From: Eremomyces bilateralis CBS 781.70
Taxonomy: Eukaryota
DNA length: 64,000 bases
Assembly (NCBI GenBank): GCA_010015585.1
Contig: ML975150.1
Strand: one strand, 5' to 3'
How positions within the stretch are numbered: position 1 is the stretch's first letter; the number at the start of each line of letters is the position of its first letter. Positions 51,461 to 63,738 of the stretch are shown piece after piece. The notes below the pieces were generated by a model. That model was not told where the DNA came from, searched no databases, and was given only the letters and a program-made list of their open reading frames with translations. A program made the translations under genes and the position numbers.

Positions 51461-52251
51461 CTGATGACATGTACGTGGTTGCTCATCGCCCTGAATTTGG
51501 GATAACCCGGCCAAGGAGATAGGACTTAGACGCCTAACCCCGCTGTCGACATCATCAGGAGCATCTTGACTTGCTTGCGGTTGATGTAAAGGTGATAGCT
51601 TCCGTTGCCGGAGATAATTCCCGAACGTTGGTAGCGGCTGGACATGACGGTGTAGACGAGTAGCAGCGCGATGAGCCCGTGACATAGCGTTATACTCTCT
51701 ACGAGCAGCGGCTCTATCCCCATCATCCTGGCTATGTATCCCAGCACGGTGGAATAGGGAAGCCTCCCGCCTCCAAGACGCCTCGTCCTCGATATCGGTT
51801 TATTACGAGGACGAGGCGTCTCGTATAGACGTAGCGGCAGATCGAAGACGGGGGGCTAATGATATAAGCTTCAACGTATTCGAATCATTTACTCTACCTA
51901 CAGAGTCACCATGATCATGACCGTAACGACATCGCCAGCATGTCTTGACTAGTAGTCGGCGACGCTTCGAAGTAAACTCCTTATCAACCCTCCAGGATCT
52001 GCAGTTCGCGCATACGCTGCCACCGGGGTCTCCAGAAGATGACATGCCGGAGGCGTAATAATGGAGTGATCAAGGTAGAGAGATTCATACGCCCGTTAGG
52101 CCTCTCTGCGAGGCCCATGTGGGGTGATCTAGGTAGATGAGGAATGGTAGGGCGAGGAAGGAGAGAGATATGTAAAAGGTCACGTGGTTTAAGTTCGCGA
52201 ATCCCTGCCTAGCCAATCAGAGGGCCCCAAAAAAAGTTGATTCTACCAATA

Positions 52252-54157
52252 TCCGTGCCCCATGGCCGCCCCACAACCTCTGGTTGTGGGTGCTCCCACA
52301 CCAAAAGTAAAACCCACGCCAAAAGTACAATTTTACCATCATCTTCAAATCTATACCACCAAACATGCCTAAACGCGTCAAATATCCAGAAGAGACTATA
52401 CAGAAAGCACTCAAGAAGGCTACAGAGCAAAAAAAAGCAGGAAAATCGGTTAACGTTTCAGCGTTAGCGCGTGAATTCCAAATCAGCCAGTTCGTCCTTC
52501 GAGGTCGCCTTCAAGGGAAAACATCCTATTCCAACCGTTCTCCGTTCGTACAAGCGACCAAACTCGATCAGCTACAAGAAAAGGCTCTCCTAGCTTGGAT
52601 CCACCAGCTTGATGAGTGGGGAGCGCCTCCTACGCCTACAGAAATCGAAGCGTGCGCCAACTCTATGCTCCGAAGAAACGCGCTCGATACAACCCAGCCA
52701 CCACCCCACGTTAGCAAGAACTGGAAATACAAGTTTATTAAGCGCCATACCCTTCCGCTTATCGACCAAAAACCAGTTAAAGACGACCGCCTACGTGCTG
52801 AGGATCTTGGACATATACAGCATTGGTTTCAACTCCTTCAGGAGCAGATTCAAGAACATGGAATCGAGGCCCGGAATATATATAATTTCGACGAAAGTGG
52901 CTTCCGCCTTGGTGAAGGGAAGCGCCAAAAAGTAGTCAGTTTCCGACCGGGGGCAAAACGAGGCAGTCCTAGTACGGAGTCAGGCGAATCGGTTACGGAT
53001 ATCGAGTGTATCGCTGCTGATGGTTTTGTTCTTCCACCCTACTTTATCCTAAAGGGCGAGAACCATCTTGAACGATGGTACGAAGGCCAGATTCCAGACG
53101 ATTACTGTATCAATATCTCTAAGTCTGGGTGGTCAAACGACCTTATTGCCTTCGATTGGATCCAGCATTTCCATCGGTATACAAGACACCGGGCTGAGAA
53201 GGGGAAACGACTGCTCTTAATGGATAACCACGCTTCGCATCTTACCCATGAGTTCATTGAATTCTGCGAAAAAGTTGATATTATTCTTTTCCCATTTCCC
53301 CCGCATACGACCCATTTCCTTCAGCCGCTCGATGGGAAGCCGTTTCTTGCGTTGAAACACTACTTCCGGCAGACAAATACGCATATCTCACGGTGGGGAT
53401 TCGACGCAGCGGACAAGGCCTCATTCCTTACAGAAATGCCCCAAATCCGCCAAAACGCCTTCAAATCGCGTACGATTCGACACGCTTTTAAAGAGAGGGG
53501 TCTTTGGCCATGGGATCCTGAGCAGATTTTACCAACCCTTCGGCAACAGGTTGACCAAGAGGCAGAGGAGCTTCGGATATTTAATGGCACGCCACCAACG
53601 TCAAGTATTACGGCAACACCGAGTGCATCTCCACCAAATACCATCCGTACGGTACGCCGGAGACAACAGAAGATCATAAATACGCCTGAGGCCCTACTTT
53701 CTAGTCGGAAATACCAACGTCGCGTTCGCCAAGCTACGGAGTCATTGATCAAGGCAGTCGAAGAGATCGAGGCGTATAAGGGGTCCGTTTCGGCCACACA
53801 ACGCCAGCAAACCAAAAAGAGTCGCCGCCAGGTTAAAACAGGACTTAGCCAGACCGGATCATTATATGCTAGTGAGGCGAAGCGCTACGTTGAAGCGCGT
53901 GGTCAGAAGGAGCGGGAGGCGGCAATTAGGAAGGCACAGCGGGACTGGCGGCGGGAAAAACAACAGGAAAACCAGCAGGAACCATCTCCTGTACTCGATC
54001 AACCTACTAGTACGGAGGATCTCGGTTTTTTTATCGATTTACATCCTGAGTTCTGATATATAGATGATGGTAGTAAAATTGTACTTTTGGCGTGGGTTTG
54101 ACTTTTGGTGTGGGAGCACCCACAACCAGAGGTTGTGGGGCGGCCATGGGGCACGGA
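52252..54157 (+). mobile_element. Fot1/pogo-family DNA transposon, 1906 bp, 85-bp TIRs, TA target duplication
   Basis: TIRs 52252-52336 and 54073-54157 differ at one base; TA flanks at 52250-52251 and 54158-54159. Confidence 0.97.
52365..54056 (+). CDS. Fot1/pogo DDD transposase, uninterrupted 563 aa
   Basis: HTH/CENP-B-like N-terminus; IYNFDESGF, LLLMDNHASH and PPHTTHFLQPLD. Confidence 0.96.
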   Translation: MPKRVKYPEETIQKALKKATEQKKAGKSVNVSALAREFQISQFVLRGRLQGKTSYSNRSPFVQATKLDQLQEKALLAWIHQLDEWGAPPTPTEIEACANSMLRRNALDTTQPPPHVSKNWKYKFIKRHTLPLIDQKPVKDDRLRAEDLGHIQHWFQLLQEQIQEHGIEARNIYNFDESGFRLGEGKRQKVVSFRPGAKRGSPSTESGESVTDIECIAADGFVLPPYFILKGENHLERWYEGQIPDDYCINISKSGWSNDLIAFDWIQHFHRYTRHRAEKGKRLLLMDNHASHLTHEFIEFCEKVDIILFPFPPHTTHFLQPLDGKPFLALKHYFRQTNTHISRWGFDAADKASFLTEMPQIRQNAFKSRTIRHAFKERGLWPWDPEQILPTLRQQVDQEAEELRIFNGTPPTSSITATPSASPPNTIRTVRRRQQKIINTPEALLSSRKYQRRVRQATESLIKAVEEIEAYKGSVSATQRQQTKKSRRQVKTGLSQTGSLYASEAKRYVEARGQKEREAAIRKAQRDWRREKQQENQQEPSPVLDQPTSTEDLGFFIDLHPEF

Positions 54158-55490
54158 TACCACTTAAGTAACTCGCTACGCTCCATGTCGTGATATGAAG
54201 TTGGTGCCTCAGGCTGCCTACCAGACCAGTCCAACTGCCAAGACGCATCGTCTCCACGACTCGACGACGACGCGATGTTGAGACTTCGGCACGAATACAT
54301 CAGTCTTCTTCGATCAACGAGTTTAACTTCAAAATCATCCATCGGCGCGTCTTTTGCGAGTCCCGTGATGAGCCTGAATAGGTTTAGTGTTAAAAGAGGC
54401 ACTTTCATCCTCTTCAGCACGATGATCAGCGTTGTGCTTAAGGTATTGGCCATACCAACACACCACATCAGCAATGAACGTCCGCCAAGACGAAGTGAAG
54501 GCACTCTCTATGGATATGAGCTGGATGGGATATACAGTGCTAATATTATGTTAATATGATGCAACCTTCTACAGACTTTTGTTGAAGCATGATGTGGCCT
54601 CTGCTCAGACTCCTTCGAAATCTTGCAGCTCACCAGCAACGATTGCATCACGAACTTGAAATCTAGGTATCATCAAGAATGGCACCTTTAGTTCTGTCCA
54701 TCATTTGGGACAAGCGGGCAGAGGGGTATGGGGATTGATACACTACTGAAGTTTTCCTTTTGGTGAGATTCCATTGTGTATTCTTGCGCAATTCGACGAG
54801 CCCTTTTCAGCTGCCTTGCCCTCGTTTCTGTCGAATATCAAACCAGTCTTTTTCAGCACAGATTTGTTCTCCAATTTTCGTCAGGTACAATCTAGGAATT
54901 CCTACAACACCTTTCCTTTCGTAGTTAGATTCAAGTATTTTCAGGCACGACTGTAATATTCCATGTTGTCATTGGTAGCTCCGGTCGAGCTGAAACCACG
55001 TTTTCCAGCCTCATAAAGGCGAAGAACGATCAAACCTCCACTTTAAACACGAAGCTGAGCGTCCAACTTCTCTGAAGAAACGGAATCAACCGGCCTGCAG
55101 GCTAGCGAGTTCCTTCGTCAATGAGTTTCATCATCAACTGTCCATTGTCGTTCAGCCTCGAAGGCCACCAAGGGACACCTCGTGGCTAGTCACCCATATA
55201 TGCCATGTTCAGGCACACAAAGATGACAATGGTTCGACGATTTCTATACATTGGAAGGGTACACCGAAGAAAACGGTCCTGGGATTGTTGAACCGCATTC
55301 ATGCTATGAACACGGCTGAGATATGAGTGTCGTCAATCTGCAGTCATGGATATCATCGCTGAAGAACTTAAACTGCCGCCCTTGGGATCTGGATCGACTC
55401 GACTTCCAACCTTCACCCCCTTTGGCTACGCTGAGATAGTCCCCCCAATTCCATCGAATTTATTATAATCTCATTGTATACTTAACCACC

Positions 55491-56719
55491 ATGAAAGTCG
55501 CCGGCATCGCTACCCTGGCCTGTGCGGTCATAACGGCCAGCGGCGCCGCTGTGCCCGAGAATCGTCAGGTCGAAGAGCCTGTCACCAGGTCGGAGAGCAA
55601 GTTGCCGTTCATTGGCGGCATTATGAACGCCTTCAAGCGAAAGGACGATCATCACGCCGTTTGGGCTAAGACTGGTCATCGTCACAACAGCCGTGGTGAC
55701 AATGGCTGGGAGTCTAACCAAAATGGCCACTACGAGGGCGGAAAGACTGAGACGCACTACGTGACTCAGACCCAGACGCTCTACGAGACTCAGACCCAGA
55801 CGAACTACGAGACTCAGGTCGAGACTCAGACTCAGTTCGAGACTCAGACTCAGGTCGAGACTCAGACTCAGGTCGAGACTCAGACTCAATTCGAGACTCA
55901 GACCCAGTTCGAGACTCAGACCCAGTTCGAGACCGAGACTCAGTTCGAGACCGAGACTCAGTTCGAGACTCAGACTCAGTTCGAGACCGAGATTCAGTTC
56001 GAGACTCAGACCGTGACTGTCACCGAGACTCGCACCGAGGTTGAGACGTCTGAGCCCACAGCGATCGCAACTTCGACGCCGACTTTCCCCACGGAGACTG
56101 GAAGTTCCGAAGAATCTACCCCCGCGGAGACTGGCACCTCGGAAACTGGCACTACGGCGCCATCTTTCCCCACGGAGACTGACACTTCGGAATCCGCTAT
56201 CACCTCGGAGACCGGAACTTCGGAGGCTACTACCCCCGCCGAGACTGGCACTTCAGCATCGGAGCAGCCCTCTGAGACCTCCCTCCCAGACACCAATGGC
56301 GACAGCACCAATGGCGACAGCACCAATGGCGACAGCACCAATGGCGACAGCACCAATGGCGGCAGCACCAATGGCGGCAGCACTAACGGCGGCTCCAACG
56401 GCGACAGCAATGGCGACAAGGATGGTGACAAGGAGGGCGACAAGGAGGGCGACAAGGAGGGCGACAAGGAGGGCGACAAGGAGGGCGACAAGGATGGCGA
56501 CCATCAAGACGACGGCAAAGGCTACGTGAAGCGTGGCAACAGCAACAGCTACAAGAATGGCAACGGCAATGCCAATGGCTACAGGAATGGCAACGGCAAT
56601 GGTAACGGCTACAAGAATGGCAATGGTAATGGCAATGGCTATAAGAATGGCAACGGCTACAAGAACGGCCACCACAAGAGGTCCAGCGACGGCAACGGCC
56701 ACAACGGCCACAACGGCCA

Positions 56720-56756
<37 letters not shown>

Positions 56757-57359
56757 CACAGCAACGGCCACAGCAACGGCCACAGCAACGGCCACAGCAA
56801 CGGCCACAGCAACGGCCACAGCAACGGTAACAGCCATAAGAACGGAAATGGCAACGGCTACAGCAACGGCCACAGCAATGGTAACAGCCATAAAAACGGA
56901 AATGGCAACGGCAACAGCAACGGCAACGGCTACAGCAACGGCAACGGCAACGGCTACAACAACGGACATAGTAACGGCAACGGCAACGGCCATAAGAGCG
57001 GCCACCACAAGAGGTCCAGCAGCGGCAACGGTCATAGCAATGGCTACAGCAGCGGCTACGGCAACGGCCACGACAGCAAGAGCTATAACAACGGCAACGG
57101 CAACGGCAACGGCCATAGCAATGGCCATAACAACGGCCATAGCAACAGCAACGGCAACGGCAACGGCAACGGCTACCATAGCAAGAGCTATAGCAACGGC
57201 AACGGTAATGGCAATGGCTACGGCAGCAGCCACAGCAATGGCAATGGCTACGGCAGCAGCCACAGCAATGGCAATGGCTACAGCAACGGCCACAGCAATG
57301 GCAATAGCAATGGCTACAAGAACGGCAACGGCAACGGCCACAAGAGCAGCCACCACTGA
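55491..57359 (+). CDS. Secreted modular low-complexity polyprotein with four KR (Kex2-type) sites
   Basis: Signal peptide MKVAGIATLACAVITASGA in good ACCATG context; single exon; C/G-ending codon bias; ETQTQF, STNGD, GDKE and NG/NGHS arrays. Confidence 0.9.
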
Positions 57360-58628
57360 GCGTTGTCATCGTCGGCGGCGGCGTCACATCGAGTGCCCGG
57401 GACGCGGGTATCGGACAACTAGAACATCACGCTGCGCTGTGGCATGGACGGCATGAGCTGCGAAAGCTGCGTGGATAGGGGGAGAGATAGATAGATAGTA
57501 ATGTATTGAACGGAGGAGGTAATGGTAGGTAATACATAATGCTGGGAATGAAGTTGTATAGATTTCTGTGCGAGATGTGCTGGTTGGTGATGGGTGTAGA
57601 TATGCAGTCATAGTGTCCAGATGGAGTGTCGTCAGATCCGGAGAATCGATGCTGGACGACTTACTGCCAAGCTAGGATGACCCTGTGTATTCTCTTCCTT
57701 GGACCTCACAACGAAAGAGCACACACATAGGCCCAGCATAGCGAACAGCTAGCATCACCGAGAACAGTGAAAATCATCTCATATCATCGCATTGCATCAC
57801 TATCCATTCCTTCCCTCAGCTAACCTGGAAACTTTTCTATCCTGTATCTCTCCATCAACACCTCCAGGTGTTTGCGCACATGCATAATATGCCGATTATG
57901 CATGCTACCTCCACGCACTGTGAACGCTGTCGTGCCATGGTGCCGAATATCCTCTCTCTCGGTATGGTCAAGCAGACCATCCAGATCTCCTCACATCGAG
58001 AACTGCTCCCCGAGTGTTATCCTATCCGATCCTTGGAATGCCCGCCAGATAGAGATGAGAATATCCGAGCATCAACCATCCCATCCCCTCTTCATCTCAT
58101 CGCAATGAAATGTGGAATAGTGTGATGCGATGAAAAGCATGCGGCGATGCAGGCCGTAAACCCGCGAAAGGGCAGGAAAATAAACAAAACTGCAAGGCAA
58201 AGTAGAGTAGAGTAAAGCAAAGGGACGCCATCCGTAGCCACCATTGCAATGCAGTTCGGCTCGCACCCAGCGAGCGGTCAGGAACTGTTGAAATCAGATG
58301 AAAGCAGGGAGACGAATCGCGGTGGCGGTTCCCACCTCGTGATGATGCAATGTAATATGGAAAAGCAACGGAGGAGTGGAGGGTGGGTATTGGATCCATG
58401 AGTCCGTCCGTGATGCAAGTTGGTAAGAAATCGAGGAATGCGAATATTCGAATTGCGTGTTCCGTTCTCGTTTCGTGTCGTGTCGTTTAGCAAAGCCGTT
58501 GAAATGGCATGTTGATCTCTCCGAGAGAAAATGTCCACGAGTTAAATAAGCGGGGAGTGAACGATATCCGGAGAGAAGACCAGAGCCGGATGCTATGTTG
58601 GACGTATGTTGAAGCAGGTGATCCGGGA

Positions 58629-61395
58629 CTAAGCTCCCCGGATCCCATTCGCGGTCATATTCCGATGGAAGCTCCCGATCGTCTCGAACCCCTTCGCCAA
58701 ATCAATCCCTTCCTCCTCTTCCTCCTCGGCCCGTCCCATCGGTCCACCCATCCCTCCTATGCCGGCACCGAAACTCGACCGGAACCCACTTTGTAGCATC
58801 GGCGGCTTAGCCTTGCCCATCCCGAGCCCTGGGGGTATCGAGCTCGCGTTTCCGTTTATATTTGGATTCGAATTCGAAGGTAGTTTGGATACGCTCGCCA
58901 CATTCCCGCCATTCTCCTTCACGTTGCTCTGATTCCCGACACCTACGCTGACGGTCCGCGAAATCGTGCGACTGGGACTGGGCTCCATGGCGTCCATAGC
59001 GTCCGCATCGGTCGGTGCAGTGGGGTTCTCATTATCGGCAGTGGGAGCAACTGTGTTGGTTTCGGTAGCCGGTTGGATGATGGCCGACCCGGCGCTGACG
59101 TGGCGGATGGGGAGGGGCGATGACTTGTCACCAGTGTGAAACGCTGGCGGGCTGGATGGCTGCGCGATCGCCGTGTCGAGATTGTGCTTCTTCGAGAGCT
59201 TGGGGGTGGGCGTAACGTTCGGGTCACGGAACTGGCGTGTCGGTTCGGTGGTAGTGGCACGCGCAACAGAAGCTCCTTGTTGCGTCTCGGTGGCGTCGTC
59301 TGCGGAACGAGGACGTTCGCTGGGCAGGTTCTCCGACTGCATTCCTTCGTCCGCGTCGTCTTGGTCGGTGCCGCTGATGCTGGCGCGACGGCCCTTAAGC
59401 GGGCTCGTAGTCGGATCGATGTCACCGCCACGAGCCGGAGTGGAGTTCTGCATCTCCAGGAAATTCCAGAAGGGTGCAGGACTGCTGAGTTGGAGGTACT
59501 TGCTGGGTGGATGGGCGGTGCTTGGGGGCGCGAGAAGCGGGTGTTGGCGAGCGATCAGCGGCGTGTCCATGGTGTTGGAAGGGTTCGTATGGAAGGGGTT
59601 CGGGCCGGTGGGGGAGTTGGATCCACCGTGGCCGAACATATAGCCGGCGCTGCCCATGTGCTTGGCTTTGCCGGAGGCTTCGGCAAGCATATCGATACCA
59701 TTGTGCGCACCACGGCCATAAGAAGGCGTCATTGTCGCGGGCGTATTCGCACTTGAAGGATACTGTATAGGACGAGAACCACGATCGGGCGTAAACGACT
59801 CGTTTGCGACAGGATAGGAAGCCAGAGGAGGGGTGACCGAGCGATTCGTTCCTCGTCGTCGCTGGCGCTCGTCGTTGGCACCGTCACGCTGCCCTGTAAT
59901 TTCCATAAGCCGGCCTGCCGCAACCATAGCTGGAATCTCTCTGTTTGCAGGTGATGTAGGTCCTGACGAACTGATAGGCCTCAAACCCTTCCGATTGCCC
60001 GTCAACGACTTCTTCATGAACTCTTCACGCTGCTCGGGGACAATCTGCCATTTCATTCCTTTGCCGGGTTCGTCGGTGCGACGGGCGACTTTCTCGAAAC
60101 ACTTGCTGAGGGACAGGTTGTGACGGATCGAATTCTGCGGAACGGTTAGTTAGTAATGATGAGTGGTATCAGAAAATGCGACACACCTGCCAGCCTCCAC
60201 CGCTATGGCGATAGAACGCATACCGCTCCTTGATGAACTCGTAGATCTTCGCAAGCGTGCACTTCTCCTCCGGGCTTGATAGAATGGCCTGACCGATCAT
60301 CTGCGCATAGCTGTGCGGCGGTTTCAAATCCTTGGCACTGTCGAGGCTATAGTCGATATCCTCGGTGCTTTCAAGTAGCAATCCACGCGAGTAAGCAGGG
60401 GAGTTCTGGGACTTGAACGATCCACGAGCGATCGGGGTGTCGGGAGATTTCTGCAGATGATCGAAGCGTCGGTCGTTGAAGTTCGACGACTGCTGTGCGT
60501 AGGCGGGCGCCGAACGAGGTTGCACAAGTCCATCAGTGCGCTTTCGCTCTTGCGGCGGCATGTTTTCGTCTTCGTTCATGCCGTCCGTCTCGTCGTCGTC
60601 AGCACCAAGTGCCGCTTGCTTCAGGATGGTTGGGTGGATTTTCAGCTCCTGATCGAATCCGGGGAGAAGGAACATCATCTGGGTGCCCAAGATACTGATC
60701 ACATTGCCCGATTCCAGGATAACCTTGTTCCCTCGTTCCAGCTTCTGTTCGTTCAGGTACAGCCCATTGCGGCCGTTGACGACCAAGACCCAGTGCGACC
60801 CTTCGTACGCAATTTCGGCGTGTACTCGTGAGATCTGCTGTTCCGGTCCAAGATCGATATCCACGGCCCATTCGTCATCCTTGAGCTGCTGTCCCGCCGA
60901 CCCTCCCGCCGATCCCACGTCATCTTTCTTCTCCTTCTTGATCGGTCTGCCGATAATGACTCTTGTCTGGTGGACGAAAAAGGTCCAATTCCGTCCGGAG
61001 ATGCGCGCGTACGCGGTTTGCGTGTCTTGGGTGAGGATTTGGTTCGCGTAATCGAATGACGCACCGACTTCATAATTCGCGACTTTGAGCGCGCGGACAA
61101 CCGCATCGGCTTTCTCCATGGGCGTTTTCAGGGCGACTTGGACGTCGGGATAATCGGCCTTCGCTGTGTCGGTACTCTGGTTCGATAGCACACGTTTGGG
61201 TGGTTTGGCTGCGGAGGTAGGAGCGTCGTCGTTAACCTGGCGGTCTTAGTCAGTGATGAATATTTTCCGAAGAGATGGTTGCCATGTGTTTACCTTCCTA
61301 CGCTTCCTTACAGGCGTCTGATGCATATCCGGAGAGTCCATGTCGGACTGATCGACATCCCGCCGTCGAACTCCACGTCGACCGGAAGGCGGCAT
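58629..61395 (-). CDS. FKH2: FHA plus forkhead transcription factor (Fkh1/Fkh2/Sep1 type), 3 exons
   Basis: [24 protein letters not shown] and GRNG (FHA); [14 protein letters not shown]...[13 protein letters not shown] (forkhead, spliced); SSPAPFW. Confidence 0.93.
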
Positions 61396-62903
61396 TGTGT
61401 TTAGGGTGGGTGCTGCTCCTTTCCAATGAGGGTTTCTAATCCGTTGATGTCAGCAAGAATGCAACAACCGTGTCAAAATGCGCATATCAATGCAAATGAG
61501 CGACTCAAGGTTCCAGCATACCTAACAGGATAAGGATGCACAATCGGGGCGATCAGTTGAGGAGAGGAGGAGAAGCCAGGTGGACCGTGTGGTTTCTCTC
61601 TCTCAAATAGAGGCGTCGGACAGGAATCTCAAACGGTGGCTCTGCGGGTGGGATGCAACATGGGCACAACACCCCAACGACACACCACGAAATGAAACCT
61701 TAGTGGCGATGGAGCAAAGATCAATGGCACGTGGTGCCCCCTGGTCCTTTTGCAAACCGAAATTCCTGAATGAATCGTTCAATGGGACAATGGGTGAGTG
61801 AGTGCCTTGTGTGTAAGAGCTGAAACGGCGCGGAGTAGTGAATGATGATTCGTTGGGTCGGGATTTGTGCGAATGGCGGAATGGTGAATGATCAAATGGT
61901 AAACGGTGGCTGGGAATTTGGTAAACGGTGGCTAGTGGGCAACAAGATTTGATGGATCGATCAGGCGCAGCCGCGCAGAAGACCGTAAAAGAGAGAAAAA
62001 GAGCGAAAAAGAGCGGGGCGCCGGGCGATCGTTGCGGCGGAAGTCGTGTTATGTACGCGACGAGGGTGGTGGGGACTGGGGAGGCGGCAGGCTGGTGCGG
62101 ACGGATGGTTCGGGAAAAAAGGTGGCGATGGATGCCTGGACTCTAGTCGCCTATCTGTCTTCCTTCCGTTGCTTGTTCTACGGAAAAGGAGATTTAATGG
62201 ATGGAGAATTATCGGGAAAAGAGATGTTGATGTTTGTTGTTTGTTGGAGGAAGAGGGAAAATGGTAGAGGGAATTTAATGGGGAATCATGGGAAGTGAAG
62301 AAGGAAGGAGCAAGCGATGCAACTGCAGAGGCGGAGGGTCGTGTGTTGTGAGGGTGAGTGAAAAGTGAACTCATGTGGCAATCGCCATTCGCTGCTCCTG
62401 CCCAGAGAAAGTGTTGTTGCCACAAACAGCAGTGGCCTGAATGCCTGATTGCCTGATCTAAGTCTGGGACCGAGAATACTGTTGACGATTATTAGAATTC
62501 CCAGTAAAGGACCGGAGTGCAATGAAGAAGTTAGCACAAAGGTGCCTGTATGATCAATGGCAGAATAGACTGAAGCCAACGATCTTATATGCCAGTGTGA
62601 ATAATAAGAGTCCAACTACACGCTTCTTTAGAGGGATATCATGCCCCTGGGGTGAGCCGAATAGTCAAGATAGCCTCCATCCATTATGTTTCCATTATGT
62701 TTCGCTCATCACCAGTAAATACATACGTTAATCATATATACAATTCATCCTCCCCAAGCAATCGGGCAATTAATCAATAACAATCGTAATAGGAAACCTC
62801 CACACCCTCGCCCCCTCCCTCCAAACATGCATATGAACCGACAAACCATGGCCATCCCCCCCAGCGTACAGTCAGGACCAAAGAAGCTCCTCAACTAAGG
62901 TCC

Positions 62904-63738
62904 TCATCCCGCCACCCCATATACCCACAAGCAGACTGACAACAGCAAACCCATCGCCGCGCTTGTAAGTAGCAGATCGCGCGCCGAAAGGAAGAGAAAC
63001 AGCCCGAAGCAGACGTAGTATCCGAAGAGCGGAGGATCGGATCTATGGAGAGAGTGGAAGGCAGTTAGTCGTCTGTGTGGCATCAAGCTCTTCATCTTCC
63101 GCTCCCACCTTCCTCGTTATCGACCCTCGGAATGAATTCGGACAGCCTCTTATTCTGCTCTTGGGGCGGTGTGCGGGGAGGCTAGCAATATCGACTCCGT
63201 GCCCGTCTACGTCCACGCTTTGTCTTTGCTGTACCTACAACGACGTCTTCACCCCTCCCTCTCTCTCGCTCGGGCTCATCACCCCTTCTTCGTGCTCCTC
63301 AGACTCTACATCCCCCCCTAACGTCTCCTCTGATGCATCCTCTTCTCCACTAGCCGCATCCTTCCCCTTTCCGAAATCGATGGCCCGAAACTGCATGCCA
63401 CCAGGCGGCGAGCAAACCGGCTCCGCCTCTGCCGCTGGCGACTCTTCTACTGGCGGGTCTTCTGCTGGCGACTCTGCCGCTGGCGATTCTTCGGCTGGCG
63501 ACTGTTCTGCACCGACTGACGCTTGTCCCTCCACAGCACTCGTCCCCGTATCCTTAGTCCCAGTAGTTGTAGTTGTATCTGCACCCGTCTCCGCAGACTC
63601 CCTTCCTTCCGCCTCGACCGTCCCGTCACCCGGCATCGCGCGCTGCGGAATCTCCTTCGACGACTCGGACGGATGGCGGAGATGTTCGAACTCGAGGAGC
63701 GACGAGCGACGAAGTTGTTCGAGTTGTTGGTCGGGGTT
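62904..63738 (-). CDS. 3' part of a hypothetical acidic protein with a predicted C-terminal membrane segment; 5' end not resolved
   Basis: Exon 63738-63239 (EESPA repeats) follows a CTAAC...AAG acceptor. Intron 63043-63238 (GTAGGT...CTAAC...TAG) joins in frame to hydrophobic SDPPLFGYYVCFGLFLFL...LLLSVCLWVYGVAG*. Confidence 0.55.

Larger units (their letters stand above)
46069..52045 (-). mobile_element. Decayed Helitron (RepHel: Zn fingers, Helitron Rep/HUH, PIF1 helicase); termini uncertain, may extend to ~54194
   Basis: HUH motif RYEWQGRGSSHSHFLLW, FLTLSAADYHW, RFAKHPRLRY, LIGERDWSAQE; PIF1 motifs DGEAGTGKS, APTGVAA, IIDEKSM, GDFF*LPPV and QFPLTIAYAITTHKSQG; many stops and frameshifts. Confidence 0.92.

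Noticed and set aside
54031..54559. ORFs flanking or overlapping the right Fot1 TIR
   Set aside because: They run through TIR sequence and show no recognisable domain; at most an unidentifiable remnant.
56006..57456. Long alternative-frame ORFs (poly-AT, poly-VA, Cys/Arg-rich)
   Set aside because: Shadows of the AAC-GGC repeat; only the 55491 frame has a signal peptide, start context and codon bias.
61400..62900. Short ORFs and GGTAAACGGTGGCT duplicate upstream of the forkhead gene
   Set aside because: ORFs are low-complexity UTR/promoter sequence; the motif deviates from the forkhead GTAAACA consensus.
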